Shown: piece by piece, positions 1 through 9,743 of the stretch
Layout: each line of letters starts with the position of its first letter
How positions within the stretch are numbered: position 1 is the stretch's first letter
DNA from: Kofleriaceae bacterium
GTDB lineage: Bacteria > Myxococcota_A > Polyangia > Haliangiales > Haliangiaceae
Reading direction: 5' to 3'
Length of the DNA stretch: 64,000 bases
NCBI GenBank assembly: GCA_965215005.1
Contig: CBDCCZ010000049.1
Location: 185,848-249,847 of the forward strand
The notes under the pieces: generated by a model
Told to the model about the DNA's origin: nothing
Databases searched by the model: none
Seen by the model: only the letters and a program-made list of their open reading frames with translations
Made by a program: the position numbers and the translations under genes

Positions 1-1
1 T

Positions 2-2236
2 AACTCCGGAGCCGTTGCCGAGGAGGTCCACGAGCGAATTGCTGCGCTCCGCGACACCCTGCCCGAGGGCGTCACCATCGATACCTACTACGACCGCGCC
101 GAGCTCGTCGACCGCACGATTGCCACCGTCGCCAAGAATCTAATCGAAGGCGGCGTTTTGGTCGTCGTCGTGCTCCTGCTCTTGCTGGGCAATCTGCGCG
201 GCGGCTTATTGGTGGCCAGCGCGATTCCGCTCAGCATGTTGGCCGCGTTCATCGCCATGAAGCAGTTCGAGGTATCGGGCAATCTGATGAGCCTCGGCGC
301 GCTCGACTTCGGGCTCATCGTCGATGGTTCGGTAGTGATGGTCGAGCACATCGTCCTCGTCCTTGCGCAGCGGCGGGAGCCGCTCGACGTGCGGCACGGC
401 GTACTGAGCGCCGCAAAGGACGTCGCGCGTCCGGTGACGTTCGCGGTTGGCATCATCATGCTCGTCTACGTGCCGATCCTTTCGCTGCAGGGAATCGAAG
501 GCAAGATGTTCCGGCCGATGGCCTTGACGGTGCTGTTTGCCTTGGCGGCGTCGTTGGTGCTGGCGCTCACCTTCATGCCGGCGATGGCCACGCTCCTTTT
601 TCGTCGCGGCGTCTCCGAAAAGAAAACCTGGCTCATCCGCACCCTCGAGCCTCGCTACCAGCGCGCGCTGCGATGGCTCTTGAGCCGGCGCGCCATTCCC
701 CTCTTCGTGACCGTGTTGCTCATGGCCGGCGCGGCCAGCATCGTGCCGTTTCTGGGAGCGGAGTTCATTCCGCGGCTCGACGAAGGCGCCATCGCCATGC
801 AGGCGATCCGGCTCCCCTCGGTTTCACTCGAGGAGTCGGTCAAAGCCACGACCCGCATCGAAACGGCGCTGCGCGAACACTTTCCCGACGAGGTCGACAC
901 CATCGTCTCGCGCACCGGCCGCCCCGAAATTGCCACCGATCCCATGGGCGTCGAGATGTCCGACATCTACGTGATGCTGGAGCCGCCCAAGCAGTGGACG
1001 CGGGCCAGCAGCAAACAGGAGCTCGTCGATGCGATGAGCGAGGTCCTCTCTGGCGAGCTGCCCGGGCAGAACTTCATGTTCTCGCAACCGATCGAGCTGC
1101 GCACCAACGAGCTCATCAGTGGCTCGCGCGCCGACGTCGCCATCAAGCTCTACGGCGACGACCTTGAAGTCCTAGGGCGGGTAGCCGATGACATCGCCCG
1201 CGTGGTTTCCGGTGTGCCGGGAGCCGGTGACGTGAGCACCGAGCAGATCGCTGGATTGCCGGCCCTACGGGTCCGCATCGACCGCGGCGCGATCGCGCGC
1301 TACGGCATCGATGCGGCGCAGGTTCTCGACGCCGTATCCGCCCTCGCGGGGCATCCGGTGGGTGAGGTCTTCGAAGGCCAGCGCCGCTTCAGCCTTCAGG
1401 TGCGCCTGCCCCCAAGCCGCCGCAGCGATCTGCAGAGCATTCGCAACCTGCCGATCTCGGCGCCCAATGGCAAGAGCATTGCTCTCGGAGAGCTTGCGAG
1501 CCTCGAGTACGATGAGGGGCCGGCGCAAATCAGCCGCGAGAACGTGCAACGACGCACCACCATCTCGGTGAACGTACGCGGCGACGATCTCGCTGGCGTC
1601 GTCGCCGAAGCACAGCGCCGAGTCGCGGCGCAGGTGGAGATGCCACCCGGCTACTTTCTCGAGTGGGGTGGGCAGTTCAAGAACTTGGCGGAGGCCAGCG
1701 GGCGGCTCGCGCTGGCGGTTCCGGCGGCCTTGGTGCTGATCTTCTTGCTGTTGTTCATGACCTACGGGTCGGCTCGGCCGGCCGCGGTGATCTACTTGAA
1801 CGTGCCGTTCGCGGCCATCGGCGGCATCTTGGCGCTCGCAGTCCGTGGGATGCCGTTTTCCATCTCCGCCGGGGTCGGCTTCATCGCACTATTCGGGATC
1901 GCTGTCCTCAACGGCGTCGTCATGGTCTCTTCAATTCGGGGGCTCCAACAGCGCGGCCGTCCGCCCTTCGAAGCCACCTTGCAAGGAGCTGTCACGCGCC
2001 TGCGCCCGGTCCTCATGACCGCGCTCGTCGCCTCGCTCGGGTTCGTGCCCATGGCAGTTGCCACCAGCGCGGGCGCCGAGGTGCAACGGCCGCTCGCCAC
2101 GGTGGTCATCGGCGGGCTGATCTCGGCCACGCTGCTAACCCTGTTCGTGCTGCCAACCATCTATGCCTGGCTCGGCGGCAGCCCCGCTCACACCGCAGAC
2201 GAGGCCTTAGCGCCTACCACGGAGGAGAGGCCATGA
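2..2236 (+). CDS. czcA: CzcA/CusA-family heavy-metal efflux RND permease, 5'-truncated by the window edge
   Basis: Frame is open from base 2 (NSGAVAEEVHERIAALRDTLPEGV...YDRAELVDRTIATV). HME-RND motifs GNLMSLGALDFGLIVDGSVVMVE, GIEGKMFRPMA, RLRPVLMTALVASLGFVPMA, GAEVQRPLATVVIGG. Confidence 0.9.
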   Translation, partial: NSGAVAEEVHERIAALRDTLPEGVTIDTYYDRAELVDRTIATVAKNLIEGGVLVVVVLLLLLGNLRGGLLVASAIPLSMLAAFIAMKQFEVSGNLMSLGALDFGLIVDGSVVMVEHIVLVLAQRREPLDVRHGVLSAAKDVARPVTFAVGIIMLVYVPILSLQGIEGKMFRPMALTVLFALAASLVLALTFMPAMATLLFRRGVSEKKTWLIRTLEPRYQRALRWLLSRRAIPLFVTVLLMAGAASIVPFLGAEFIPRLDEGAIAMQAIRLPSVSLEESVKATTRIETALREHFPDEVDTIVSRTGRPEIATDPMGVEMSDIYVMLEPPKQWTRASSKQELVDAMSEVLSGELPGQNFMFSQPIELRTNELISGSRADVAIKLYGDDLEVLGRVADDIARVVSGVPGAGDVSTEQIAGLPALRVRIDRGAIARYGIDAAQVLDAVSALAGHPVGEVFEGQRRFSLQVRLPPSRRSDLQSIRNLPISAPNGKSIALGELASLEYDEGPAQISRENVQRRTTISVNVRGDDLAGVVAEAQRRVAAQVEMPPGYFLEWGGQFKNLAEASGRLALAVPAALVLIFLLLFMTYGSARPAAVIYLNVPFAAIGGILALAVRGMPFSISAGVGFIALFGIAVLNGVVMVSSIRGLQQRGRPPFEATLQGAVTRLRPVLMTALVASLGFVPMAVATSAGAEVQRPLATVVIGGLISATLLTLFVLPTIYAWLGGSPAHTADEALAPTTEERP

Positions 2237-2255
2237 ACCCGAGCGCCAACCTGAG

Positions 2256-3062
2256 GTGGGTGTCGTGAGCGGCGGACTCATTACCGTGCTGCTGCTGGCG
2301 CTGCTGCCAGGCCTTGGCAACGTTGCCGGGGGACTGCTCGCAGAGTTCACGAAAGCCTCGCCACGAGTACTCAACTGGGCGCTGCACGCCGCTTCGGGCA
2401 TCGTCTTGGCGATCGTCTCGGTGGAGCTCCTGCCACGCGCGCTCGATGCACTCGCGGGCTGGTGGATCGCCGCAGCGTTTACCGCGGGTGGACTTGCCTA
2501 CCTCGTCCTCGAGCTGGGCATCGACCGCATGCAAAGCGAACGCGGCAACGGAGAATCCTCTGCGGGCGGTAGCCGCATGTGGATGATCTACGCGGCGGTG
2601 GCTACCGACCTGGTGAGTGATGGCTTGATGATCGGAGCCGGTTCCGCGGTATCCGTGCAGCTCGCGCTGCTGCTCGCCGCCGGCCAAGTTCTTGCCGACG
2701 TTCCGGAAGGCTACGCCTCCATCGCCAACTTCCGCGACAAAGAGGTGCCGCGCCTTCGGCGCCTGCTCCTGTCGATGACCTTCGTGCTGTTTGCTGTCGG
2801 CGCCGCGTTGCTCTCATATCTGCTGCTCCGCCCGGCGCCGGAACCTATTAAGTTGGCCGCGCTGGTCTTCGTGGCTGGCCTTCTCACCGTGGCGGCCGTG
2901 GAAGACATGCTCGAAGAAGCCCATGAGGCGTGCGGCGATAACCGCGGCTCGGTGCTCGCCTTCGTGCTCGGGTTCGCGCTCTTCATCGTGGTGTCGACGG
3001 GCTTGGAAGCGCTCATCGGCGGCGAATCCAACCCCTCGCAAACCTCGGAGCAGGGGTCATAA
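2256..3062 (+). CDS. ZIP-family (ZupT-like) divalent metal transporter
   Basis: About 8 hydrophobic segments; AASGIVLAIVSVELLPRA, DGLMIGAG, DVPEGYASIA and EDMLEEAHE resemble ZIP motifs; directly follows czcA. Start codon uncertain (GTG at 2256 or slightly downstream). Confidence 0.8.
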   Translation: MGVVSGGLITVLLLALLPGLGNVAGGLLAEFTKASPRVLNWALHAASGIVLAIVSVELLPRALDALAGWWIAAAFTAGGLAYLVLELGIDRMQSERGNGESSAGGSRMWMIYAAVATDLVSDGLMIGAGSAVSVQLALLLAAGQVLADVPEGYASIANFRDKEVPRLRRLLLSMTFVLFAVGAALLSYLLLRPAPEPIKLAALVFVAGLLTVAAVEDMLEEAHEACGDNRGSVLAFVLGFALFIVVSTGLEALIGGESNPSQTSEQGS

Positions 3063-3074
3063 CGGCTCGATTGG

Positions 3075-3698
3075 CTATCCAGCGCGCGCGCTGGCAAGCT
3101 CGGCGCGCGCGTCTCGGCAGATGCCGATGGCGTCTTTGAGAAACAGCGCGGCGATGAGCCCGCCGACGAGAACGTCGGGCCATGTCGAGCCCAGAATGGC
3201 GACAGCGCCGGCGGCGGCCAAAACGCCGGTGTTGGCGATGATGTCGTTGCGCGAGCACAGCCAGGTGGAGCGCATGTTGAGGTCATCGGAGCGGTGGCGA
3301 TAGAGCAGCGCGACGCAGGTGAGGTTGGCAGCGAGCGCTAGCGCACCGATGAGACCCATAGCGTCGGCGGCAGGGACGGTGCTGGTCGCCAGCGCCACGG
3401 CGGCCTGCACCGCGACGCCAACGCCAAGAGCTGCCATGACAAGCCCCTTGGCGAGCGCCGCCCGAGCTCGCCACACGGCGCCGCGATGGATGACATAAAG
3501 CGTGAGCGCGTAGACGGCGGCGTCGCCGAACATGTCCGCCGAGTCAGCCAACAGCGCGGTGGATCGCGCGAACACCCCTGCCGACGCCTCTATGAAGAAC
3601 ATCGCGGTGTTGATGGCAAGCAGCCACTTGAGCACCGTGGCTTGGCGCGACCGCAGAATCGCCAGAGTATCTGTTTTCGAGTCGCAACAGCCGCTCAC
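3075..3698 (-). CDS. Short cation-efflux (CDF-like) Co/Zn/Cd transporter
   Basis: STALLADSADMFGDAAVY and DDLNMRSTWLCSRNDIIAN motifs; Cys-Cys N-terminus (SGCCD). Start placed at GTG 3698 inside the longer 3075..3752 ORF. Confidence 0.8.
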   Translation of the reverse strand: MSGCCDSKTDTLAILRSRQATVLKWLLAINTAMFFIEASAGVFARSTALLADSADMFGDAAVYALTLYVIHRGAVWRARAALAKGLVMAALGVGVAVQAAVALATSTVPAADAMGLIGALALAANLTCVALLYRHRSDDLNMRSTWLCSRNDIIANTGVLAAAGAVAILGSTWPDVLVGGLIAALFLKDAIGICRDARAELASARAG

Positions 3699-3943
3699 GA
3701 GCCACCCTCGGCAAGACGCGCCCCTGCGTTGCAGCGGCGACAGCCAACGCATCGATCGCGTCGTAGGTTAGCCAAGCAGAGGCGAACGTTCATGCAACGA
3801 GTTTCGCAGATGATCCCGATCCATCCAACCAAGGTCGTTGTGTCCAAGCCCGTCGTTGCCCCACCGTTGCCTGCAGCGGGCATTACCGCGCAACGGCACC
3901 TCATTGAGCTCGGCGGCAGCGCGGCCAGCAAAATCAGGAGGAA

Positions 3944-4741
3944 ATGATGCAGTCGATCCCAAAACTGGGCATGGTAGTCGGTGGCCTTGCGGCCCTGCTG
4001 TGGCTCGAGCGGCGGCGACCGCTTCGGCGCCAGCACCACCCCGCAGGGCGGCGCCTCACCCGCAACCTCGCTGTGGCCGCCATCGGTGGCGCCACCGTGC
4101 AACTCCTGGAAGAGCCAGTGGTAGCACCGCTCGCGCGCCGGGTTGCAACGCAACGTCTCGGGCTGCTGCCACCGCTGGGGCTACCCAAAGCCGTGGAGCG
4201 CGCCGCCGGCGTATTGCTCATGGACTACACGTTGTTCGTTTGGCACTACCTCACCCACCGCGTGCCGCTGCTCTGGCGCTTGCATCTGCCACACCATACC
4301 GACCGCGACATGGACGCCTCCACTGCCGTTCGATTCCACGCGCTGGAGCTCTTGTTCTCGGTTCCTTGGCGCGCCATGCAGGTTCGAATCATCGGCGTTG
4401 TCCCTCAAACCCTGCGGCTTTGGCAGCGGCTCACCTTCACCTCGATTCTTTTCCACCATTCCAACGTCCGCTTGCCCGATTCGCTCGAGCGCGTTCTCAA
4501 CCTCGTCATCGTCACGCCGCGCATGCATGGCCTTCATCATGCCGCCGATGCCGCCGAGCGGAGCTGCAACTGGTCGAGCGGCATCTGCGTGTGGGACCGC
4601 CTGCACGGCACCTATCGCTCCGGTCTCGCCGAGCCGCAGCCGACGATCGGCATCGCCGGCTGCGATGAGGACGATGCCGTCACGCTCATAAAAACCTTGG
4701 CATTGCCGCTGCAACGGCAATCACGCGCTCGGCTCCCCTGA
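3944..4741 (+). CDS. Sterol desaturase / fatty acid hydroxylase superfamily protein
   Basis: His boxes WHYLTH, LHLPHH, FHHSN, HGLHH plus NWSSGICVWDRLHGTY; AGGAGG RBS just upstream of the ATG. Confidence 0.85.
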   Translation: MMQSIPKLGMVVGGLAALLWLERRRPLRRQHHPAGRRLTRNLAVAAIGGATVQLLEEPVVAPLARRVATQRLGLLPPLGLPKAVERAAGVLLMDYTLFVWHYLTHRVPLLWRLHLPHHTDRDMDASTAVRFHALELLFSVPWRAMQVRIIGVVPQTLRLWQRLTFTSILFHHSNVRLPDSLERVLNLVIVTPRMHGLHHAADAAERSCNWSSGICVWDRLHGTYRSGLAEPQPTIGIAGCDEDDAVTLIKTLALPLQRQSRARLP

Positions 4742-7700
4742 CCGCTCCTGCCGACGGACCTTGCGCCGGAGCACAGCGTATTTCCAGATGGCAAATATCG
4801 CCGGATAGACAGTGAGCTCCAGCAGAAACGACGTCGCCAGGCCGCCCACCATCGGAGCCGCGATGCGCTTCATCACGTCGGCTCCGGTCCCAGTGCTCCA
4901 CAGCACCGGGATCAAGCCGATCGAGGTGGTAGCGACGGTCATGAGCTTGGGACGAATGCGTTTAGCGGCTCCCTCGACGATGGCTTCCTCGAGCTCGGCG
5001 AACGAGCGCAGTCTGCCGGCGCGCTCGAAGCGGTCATGCGACAACGTCAGGTAGAGCAACATGACCACGCCAGTTTCGGCATCGAGCCCGGCGAGTGCGA
5101 TGAGCCCCACCCACACCGCAATGCTCATGTTGTAGTCCAGAAGATATAGAAGCCATATGGCACCGATTAGCGAGAACGGCACCGCGAGCATTACAATGGC
5201 GGTCTCGATGACCGAGCGGGTATTCCAGTAAAGCAACAAGATCACCAGCGCCAACGTGAGTGGAACCACGATAGAGAGCTTCTCCTGAGCGCGCTGGAGA
5301 TACTTGAATTGGCCGGCCCAGCCGAGACGAATTCCGCTGGGCAGCTCCACCTGGTCGGCGACCACCCGCTTGGCGTCTTCCACATAGTCGGCGATAGGCC
5401 TGTCGGTGTCGACGAAGACGAAGCCAACCAGTTGCCCGTCTTCACTGCGGACCATTGGCGGTCCCGTCTCGAACTCGATGGTTGCGACTTGCCCGATGGG
5501 AATCTGTGCGCCCGACGGCGTAGCGATCAAGATCTTGTCGAGCAGGCTCGGGTCATCGCGGAATTCGCGCGCGTATCGCACGTTGATCGGATAGCGTTCG
5601 CGCCCTTCGACGGTTTCCGAGATGTTCATACCGCCAATGGCACTCATAACGACTTCGTTGACATCGTCGATGCGCAAGCCGTAGCGGGCCGCCTCGGCGC
5701 GATTAACCTCAAAGTCGACGTAAAAGCCGCCGGTGGAACGCTCGGCAAACGCGCTGCGGGTTCCGGGAATGGTCGAAACGGCTGTTTCGATGGCGACAGC
5801 GGTGCGCTCGATGGTCGCGAGATCATCACCAAAGACCTGAATACCCAGTGGACTGCGAATCCCGGTGGCGAGCATCTCCGTGCGGGTTTGGATGGGCATC
5901 CACCAGATGTTTGGCATGCCGGGAAACTGCAGCGCCTCATCCATCTCAGCAATCAAGTCGTTCCAGGTGAGCCCTTCACGCCACTGATCGCGCGGCTTTA
6001 GCACGATGGTCGTCTCTGCCATGCCGAGCGGCGCCGGATCGGTCGCGGTGCGCGCCCTGCCCATCTTGCCGAATACCGACTCGACCTCGGGGAACTCCAT
6101 GAGCTTGGCATCCATGGCCTGCAGCACCTTGGAAGCCTCCGCGACGCTCATTCCCGGCGGTGCCGTGGGCATGTACAGAATGGCGCCCTCATTGAGGGGG
6201 GGCATGAACTCGCTGCCGAGCCGCAGGTAGGCGGGAACCGTGAAGATCATCGCAATGACAGCGACGAGCACCACCAACCAGCGATGCTCGACGACGAAGC
6301 GCACCACCGGCGTATAGACCCAGATGAGAAACCGATTGAGCGGATTCTTCTCTTCTTTGAGGATCTTTCCGCGAATGAAGATGGCTGCGAGAGCTGGAGT
6401 GAGCGTAACTGCCAACACCGCCGAAAAGCCCATCGAGTAGGTCTTCGTGAACGCCAGCGGCTTGAACAGCCGACCTTCTGTGGCTTCTAGCGTGAAGACA
6501 GGCAAGAACGAGACAGTGATGACGAGCAGCGAAAAGAAGATCGAAGGCCCCACCTCCTGCATCGCAGCGATGACCGTACTCAGCCGCTCACCCGGCCGCC
6601 CCTCTTCATCCCACTCTTCAAGCTTCTTGTGTATGTTCTCGATGAGGATGATCGATGCATCCACCATGGCGCCGATGGCTACAGCGATGCCCCCAAGCGA
6701 CATAATATTGGCGGTGAGCCCTTGATAGAGCATCGGAATGAAGGCCAGCAGCACCGCCAGTGGCAGCGTGAGAATGGGCACGAGCGCGCTGCGCACGTGC
6801 AGCAAGAATAGAAAGATGACCACACTCACCACCAGCATTTCCTCGGTGAGGGTGTGCCGAAGGGTGGCAATTGCGTCTTTGATCAAACCGGAACGGTCAT
6901 AGGTAACCTCAAGCTCCACACCCTCAGGAAGGCCTGCTTTCACCTGTTCCAGCCGCTCCTTGACCGCGTCGATGACGCTGAGGGCATTCTCTCCGTATCG
7001 CATGATGACGATGCCCCCCACCGCTTCGCCCTCCCCGTTGAGCTCGGCCACTCCGCGTCGCAAGTCGGGCCCCAAGCTCACGACCGCGACGTCGCCAACC
7101 GTCACCGCAGTGCCCTCGCCTCCTAGCTTCAGCGGAATCTCCTCGAGATCCGCTTTGCTGCGCACGTACCCGCGGCCGCGGATCATCTGCTCGTGCCCAG
7201 CAATTTCGATGACGCGTCCCCCGACGTCTTCATTGGACGCGCGAACCGCACCGATGACATCGCCAATGCTCAGGCCATAGGCCAAGAGTCGATTAGGGTC
7301 GAGCTGAATCTGGTATTGCTTAACGAAACCACCAATCGATGCCACCTCAGCGACGCCGGGCAACGCTTCAAGTGCGAAGCGAATGTTGTAATCCTGAAGT
7401 GATCGCAGCTCGGCCAGATCGTGGCGGCCGGTGCGATCCACTAGCGCGTACTGAAATACCCAACCAACGCCGGTGGCATCTGGCCCGAGCGTTGGCGTGA
7501 CTCCCGCGGGCAGCTCCGCCTGCGCACTCGAGAGATATTCGAGCACCCGGCTGCGAGCCCAATAAATATCCGTTCCATCTTCGAAGATGACGTATACGAA
7601 CGACAGTCCAAAGAAGGACTGCCCGCGGACAAACTTCACCTCCGGCGCAGCGAGAAGTGAGGTGGAGATGGGATAGGTGATCTGATCTTCGACCAAGTCA

Positions 7701-7918
7701 GGACTGCGGCCGGGCCACTCGGTAAACACGATGACCTGCGTCTCCGAGAGATCGGGAATGGCATCTACCGGCGTCTGCCGCAGCGCAAAATAGCCCCAAC
7801 CCGCGAGCCCAGCGACCAGCAGAATGGTCATGAGCGGGCGCCGCGCCGAGGCGCCGATCAGTTGGGCGATCAACCCATGCTGCGCGCCCTCAGTTGGCTT
7901 CATCGCCGCCTCCTGCAT
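4721..7918 (-). CDS. cusA: CusA-type Cu(I)/Ag(I) efflux RND permease
   Basis: 1065 aa; DAIPDLSETQVIVFTEWPGRSPDLVEDQITYP, LGPDATGVGWVFQYAL, GSEFMPPLNEGAILYMP, KRIRPKLMT, GADVMKRIAAPMVGG are CusA-subfamily motifs. Confidence 0.92.
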   Translation of the reverse strand: MQEAAMKPTEGAQHGLIAQLIGASARRPLMTILLVAGLAGWGYFALRQTPVDAIPDLSETQVIVFTEWPGRSPDLVEDQITYPISTSLLAAPEVKFVRGQSFFGLSFVYVIFEDGTDIYWARSRVLEYLSSAQAELPAGVTPTLGPDATGVGWVFQYALVDRTGRHDLAELRSLQDYNIRFALEALPGVAEVASIGGFVKQYQIQLDPNRLLAYGLSIGDVIGAVRASNEDVGGRVIEIAGHEQMIRGRGYVRSKADLEEIPLKLGGEGTAVTVGDVAVVSLGPDLRRGVAELNGEGEAVGGIVIMRYGENALSVIDAVKERLEQVKAGLPEGVELEVTYDRSGLIKDAIATLRHTLTEEMLVVSVVIFLFLLHVRSALVPILTLPLAVLLAFIPMLYQGLTANIMSLGGIAVAIGAMVDASIILIENIHKKLEEWDEEGRPGERLSTVIAAMQEVGPSIFFSLLVITVSFLPVFTLEATEGRLFKPLAFTKTYSMGFSAVLAVTLTPALAAIFIRGKILKEEKNPLNRFLIWVYTPVVRFVVEHRWLVVLVAVIAMIFTVPAYLRLGSEFMPPLNEGAILYMPTAPPGMSVAEASKVLQAMDAKLMEFPEVESVFGKMGRARTATDPAPLGMAETTIVLKPRDQWREGLTWNDLIAEMDEALQFPGMPNIWWMPIQTRTEMLATGIRSPLGIQVFGDDLATIERTAVAIETAVSTIPGTRSAFAERSTGGFYVDFEVNRAEAARYGLRIDDVNEVVMSAIGGMNISETVEGRERYPINVRYAREFRDDPSLLDKILIATPSGAQIPIGQVATIEFETGPPMVRSEDGQLVGFVFVDTDRPIADYVEDAKRVVADQVELPSGIRLGWAGQFKYLQRAQEKLSIVVPLTLALVILLLYWNTRSVIETAIVMLAVPFSLIGAIWLLYLLDYNMSIAVWVGLIALAGLDAETGVVMLLYLTLSHDRFERAGRLRSFAELEEAIVEGAAKRIRPKLMTVATTSIGLIPVLWSTGTGADVMKRIAAPMVGGLATSFLLELTVYPAIFAIWKYAVLRRKVRRQERSGEPSA

Positions 7919-9743
7919 GGTCCCAAATCCCAGAGGCGGACTTGAGACGGCTCTCGGAAGCCAAGAGGAAGTTGCCCGACGTTACGACCTGCTCCCCCGC
8001 CTCCAAGCCCTCTAGCACCTCATACGAGTCGCCGATTCGCGCTCCAAGCTCCACCACCCGCGGCTCCAGGCGCCCTTCACCGAGCTCGACGAACACCACT
8101 CGCCTCGGTCCCGTATAAATAACCGCCGCCTCCGGGACGACCAATCGTTCCCCGCGCTCGGCCTCGAGCACCACGTTGGCGTACATCTCGGGCCGCAGCT
8201 CGAGCTCAGGATTTGCCAGCTCTACGCGCACCACACCGGTCCGCGTGCGCTCCTGCAAAGCCGGATAGATGTAGTCGACCTTGCCGGCATAGACGCGACC
8301 CGGCACGTAGGGCAGCGTCACCTTTGCCGGCTGGCCTTGCCGAACGTAAGGCAGGTCCGATTCATACACTTGTGCCTCAATCCAAACCCGGTCGAGAGCC
8401 GCGATGCGATACACCTGCGCACCCGCTTGCACCTGCGCACCTTCCACGATGTTCTTTTCGATGATGTAGCCGGTTGCCGGCGCCAGCACCGGCACGTTCT
8501 CCCAAGCCTCGCCGCGGCGCGCCAGCGCCTCGAGCTGCGAGGGCGGCATACCGAGCAAACGCAGTCGCGACCGTGACGACTGCACGAGGGACTCCGTGGT
8601 TGCGCGCAGCGTGGTGCTGGTCTCTGGCGCATTGCGAGCGGAGCGCAGCGCGTTGAGGTACTCGAGCTGTGCCGCGTAGAGCTCAGGACTATACAGCGTG
8701 AACAGAACTTGTCCCTTGCGCACGCGTTGCCCGGTCTCGTCAGCGTGAAGCTGCTCGACCCAACCACTCATTCGCAAGCTCACATCGTGAAGCGTCGATT
8801 CATCGTACTTCACCTCCCCCACCGCGCGAATCGGCAGCACCATGCTCTCGCGCTGCACTGGAGCCAGCTTGACGCCAATCCGCTGACGGCGTTCTTCATC
8901 GATTAGCAGGGTCCCCGTCTCGAGCTCCTGCTCGGTGACGGGTACGAGGTCCATACCGCAAATGGGGCACGTTCCCGGGGTTTCTTGCTTGACCGATGGA
9001 TGCATGCTGCACGTGTAATAGGCAACTTCATCACCGCCGCCGTGTTCGACGACCGCGCCTGGCTGCTCGACCTCCCACTCGCTGCGCGAGCCGCACGTGA
9101 GCATCTGCGCCCCCATGTAAGGATTGGCAAGCTCTGCCGTGGGCTGAATCCATTTGTTGAAGTTCTCCACCATAGGACACTCAAAGATGAAGCGGCCTTC
9201 GGCGAGCCGCGGGTCGGCCTCGGCGAGCGCAATCAAGAACTTGCTCAGCGATCCAAAGATCTGCCGAAGCGTTGCCAGATCTTCTTCATTGGCCAAGCCT
9301 TCTGCGGCCTCGGCCGCGCTCGTGAGGACGTCGGCGCCGGCCCCGTCGGTCAGCTCTGCCGCATCTCGCAGGGTCGCCGCCATGGCCCGCGCGTGCGGGT
9401 CGAGACCGTCGACGCGATCTGCCGCGAGAAGCGCGCGTGCTTGCTCATAGGCAGCCAACGCCAGCTGCACCTTGGCAAGGACTGGTGCCGGCAGCTGTTG
9501 CACCTCGAGAGCTGGAACCGGCGGTCCTCGCAGCGGCTCGGTCTCGGCGGCAGCGCTTGCCGCTGACGATGATGGCGTCGACTCATGCGAGGCATGCGGC
9601 GAGGTTGCCGTGGTGTTCTTCGCGCCGAAGAACCAGGCTACTAGCGGGTTCCAAAACACCACCACGGCCAAGAGCGCCGCGAGGGCCAGAATGGCCGGCA
9701 CAAGCCACCTCTTGTGCCGTTGCAAACCTTGTGGTGTCTTCAT
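7890..9743 (-). CDS. cusB: CusB-type RND periplasmic adaptor with N-terminal DUF3347-like and heavy-metal-binding domains
   Basis: FECPM...NPYMGAQMLTCG, YTCSMHP...CPICGMDL, then MFP core LYSPELYAAQLEYL, LRPEMYANV, VVTSGNFLLASES. Start set at ATG 9743 (MKTPQG), which overlaps the stop of the upstream TolC gene. Confidence 0.88.
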   Translation of the reverse strand: MKTPQGLQRHKRWLVPAILALAALLAVVVFWNPLVAWFFGAKNTTATSPHASHESTPSSSAASAAAETEPLRGPPVPALEVQQLPAPVLAKVQLALAAYEQARALLAADRVDGLDPHARAMAATLRDAAELTDGAGADVLTSAAEAAEGLANEEDLATLRQIFGSLSKFLIALAEADPRLAEGRFIFECPMVENFNKWIQPTAELANPYMGAQMLTCGSRSEWEVEQPGAVVEHGGGDEVAYYTCSMHPSVKQETPGTCPICGMDLVPVTEQELETGTLLIDEERRQRIGVKLAPVQRESMVLPIRAVGEVKYDESTLHDVSLRMSGWVEQLHADETGQRVRKGQVLFTLYSPELYAAQLEYLNALRSARNAPETSTTLRATTESLVQSSRSRLRLLGMPPSQLEALARRGEAWENVPVLAPATGYIIEKNIVEGAQVQAGAQVYRIAALDRVWIEAQVYESDLPYVRQGQPAKVTLPYVPGRVYAGKVDYIYPALQERTRTGVVRVELANPELELRPEMYANVVLEAERGERLVVPEAAVIYTGPRRVVFVELGEGRLEPRVVELGARIGDSYEVLEGLEAGEQVVTSGNFLLASESRLKSASGIWDHAGGGDEAN

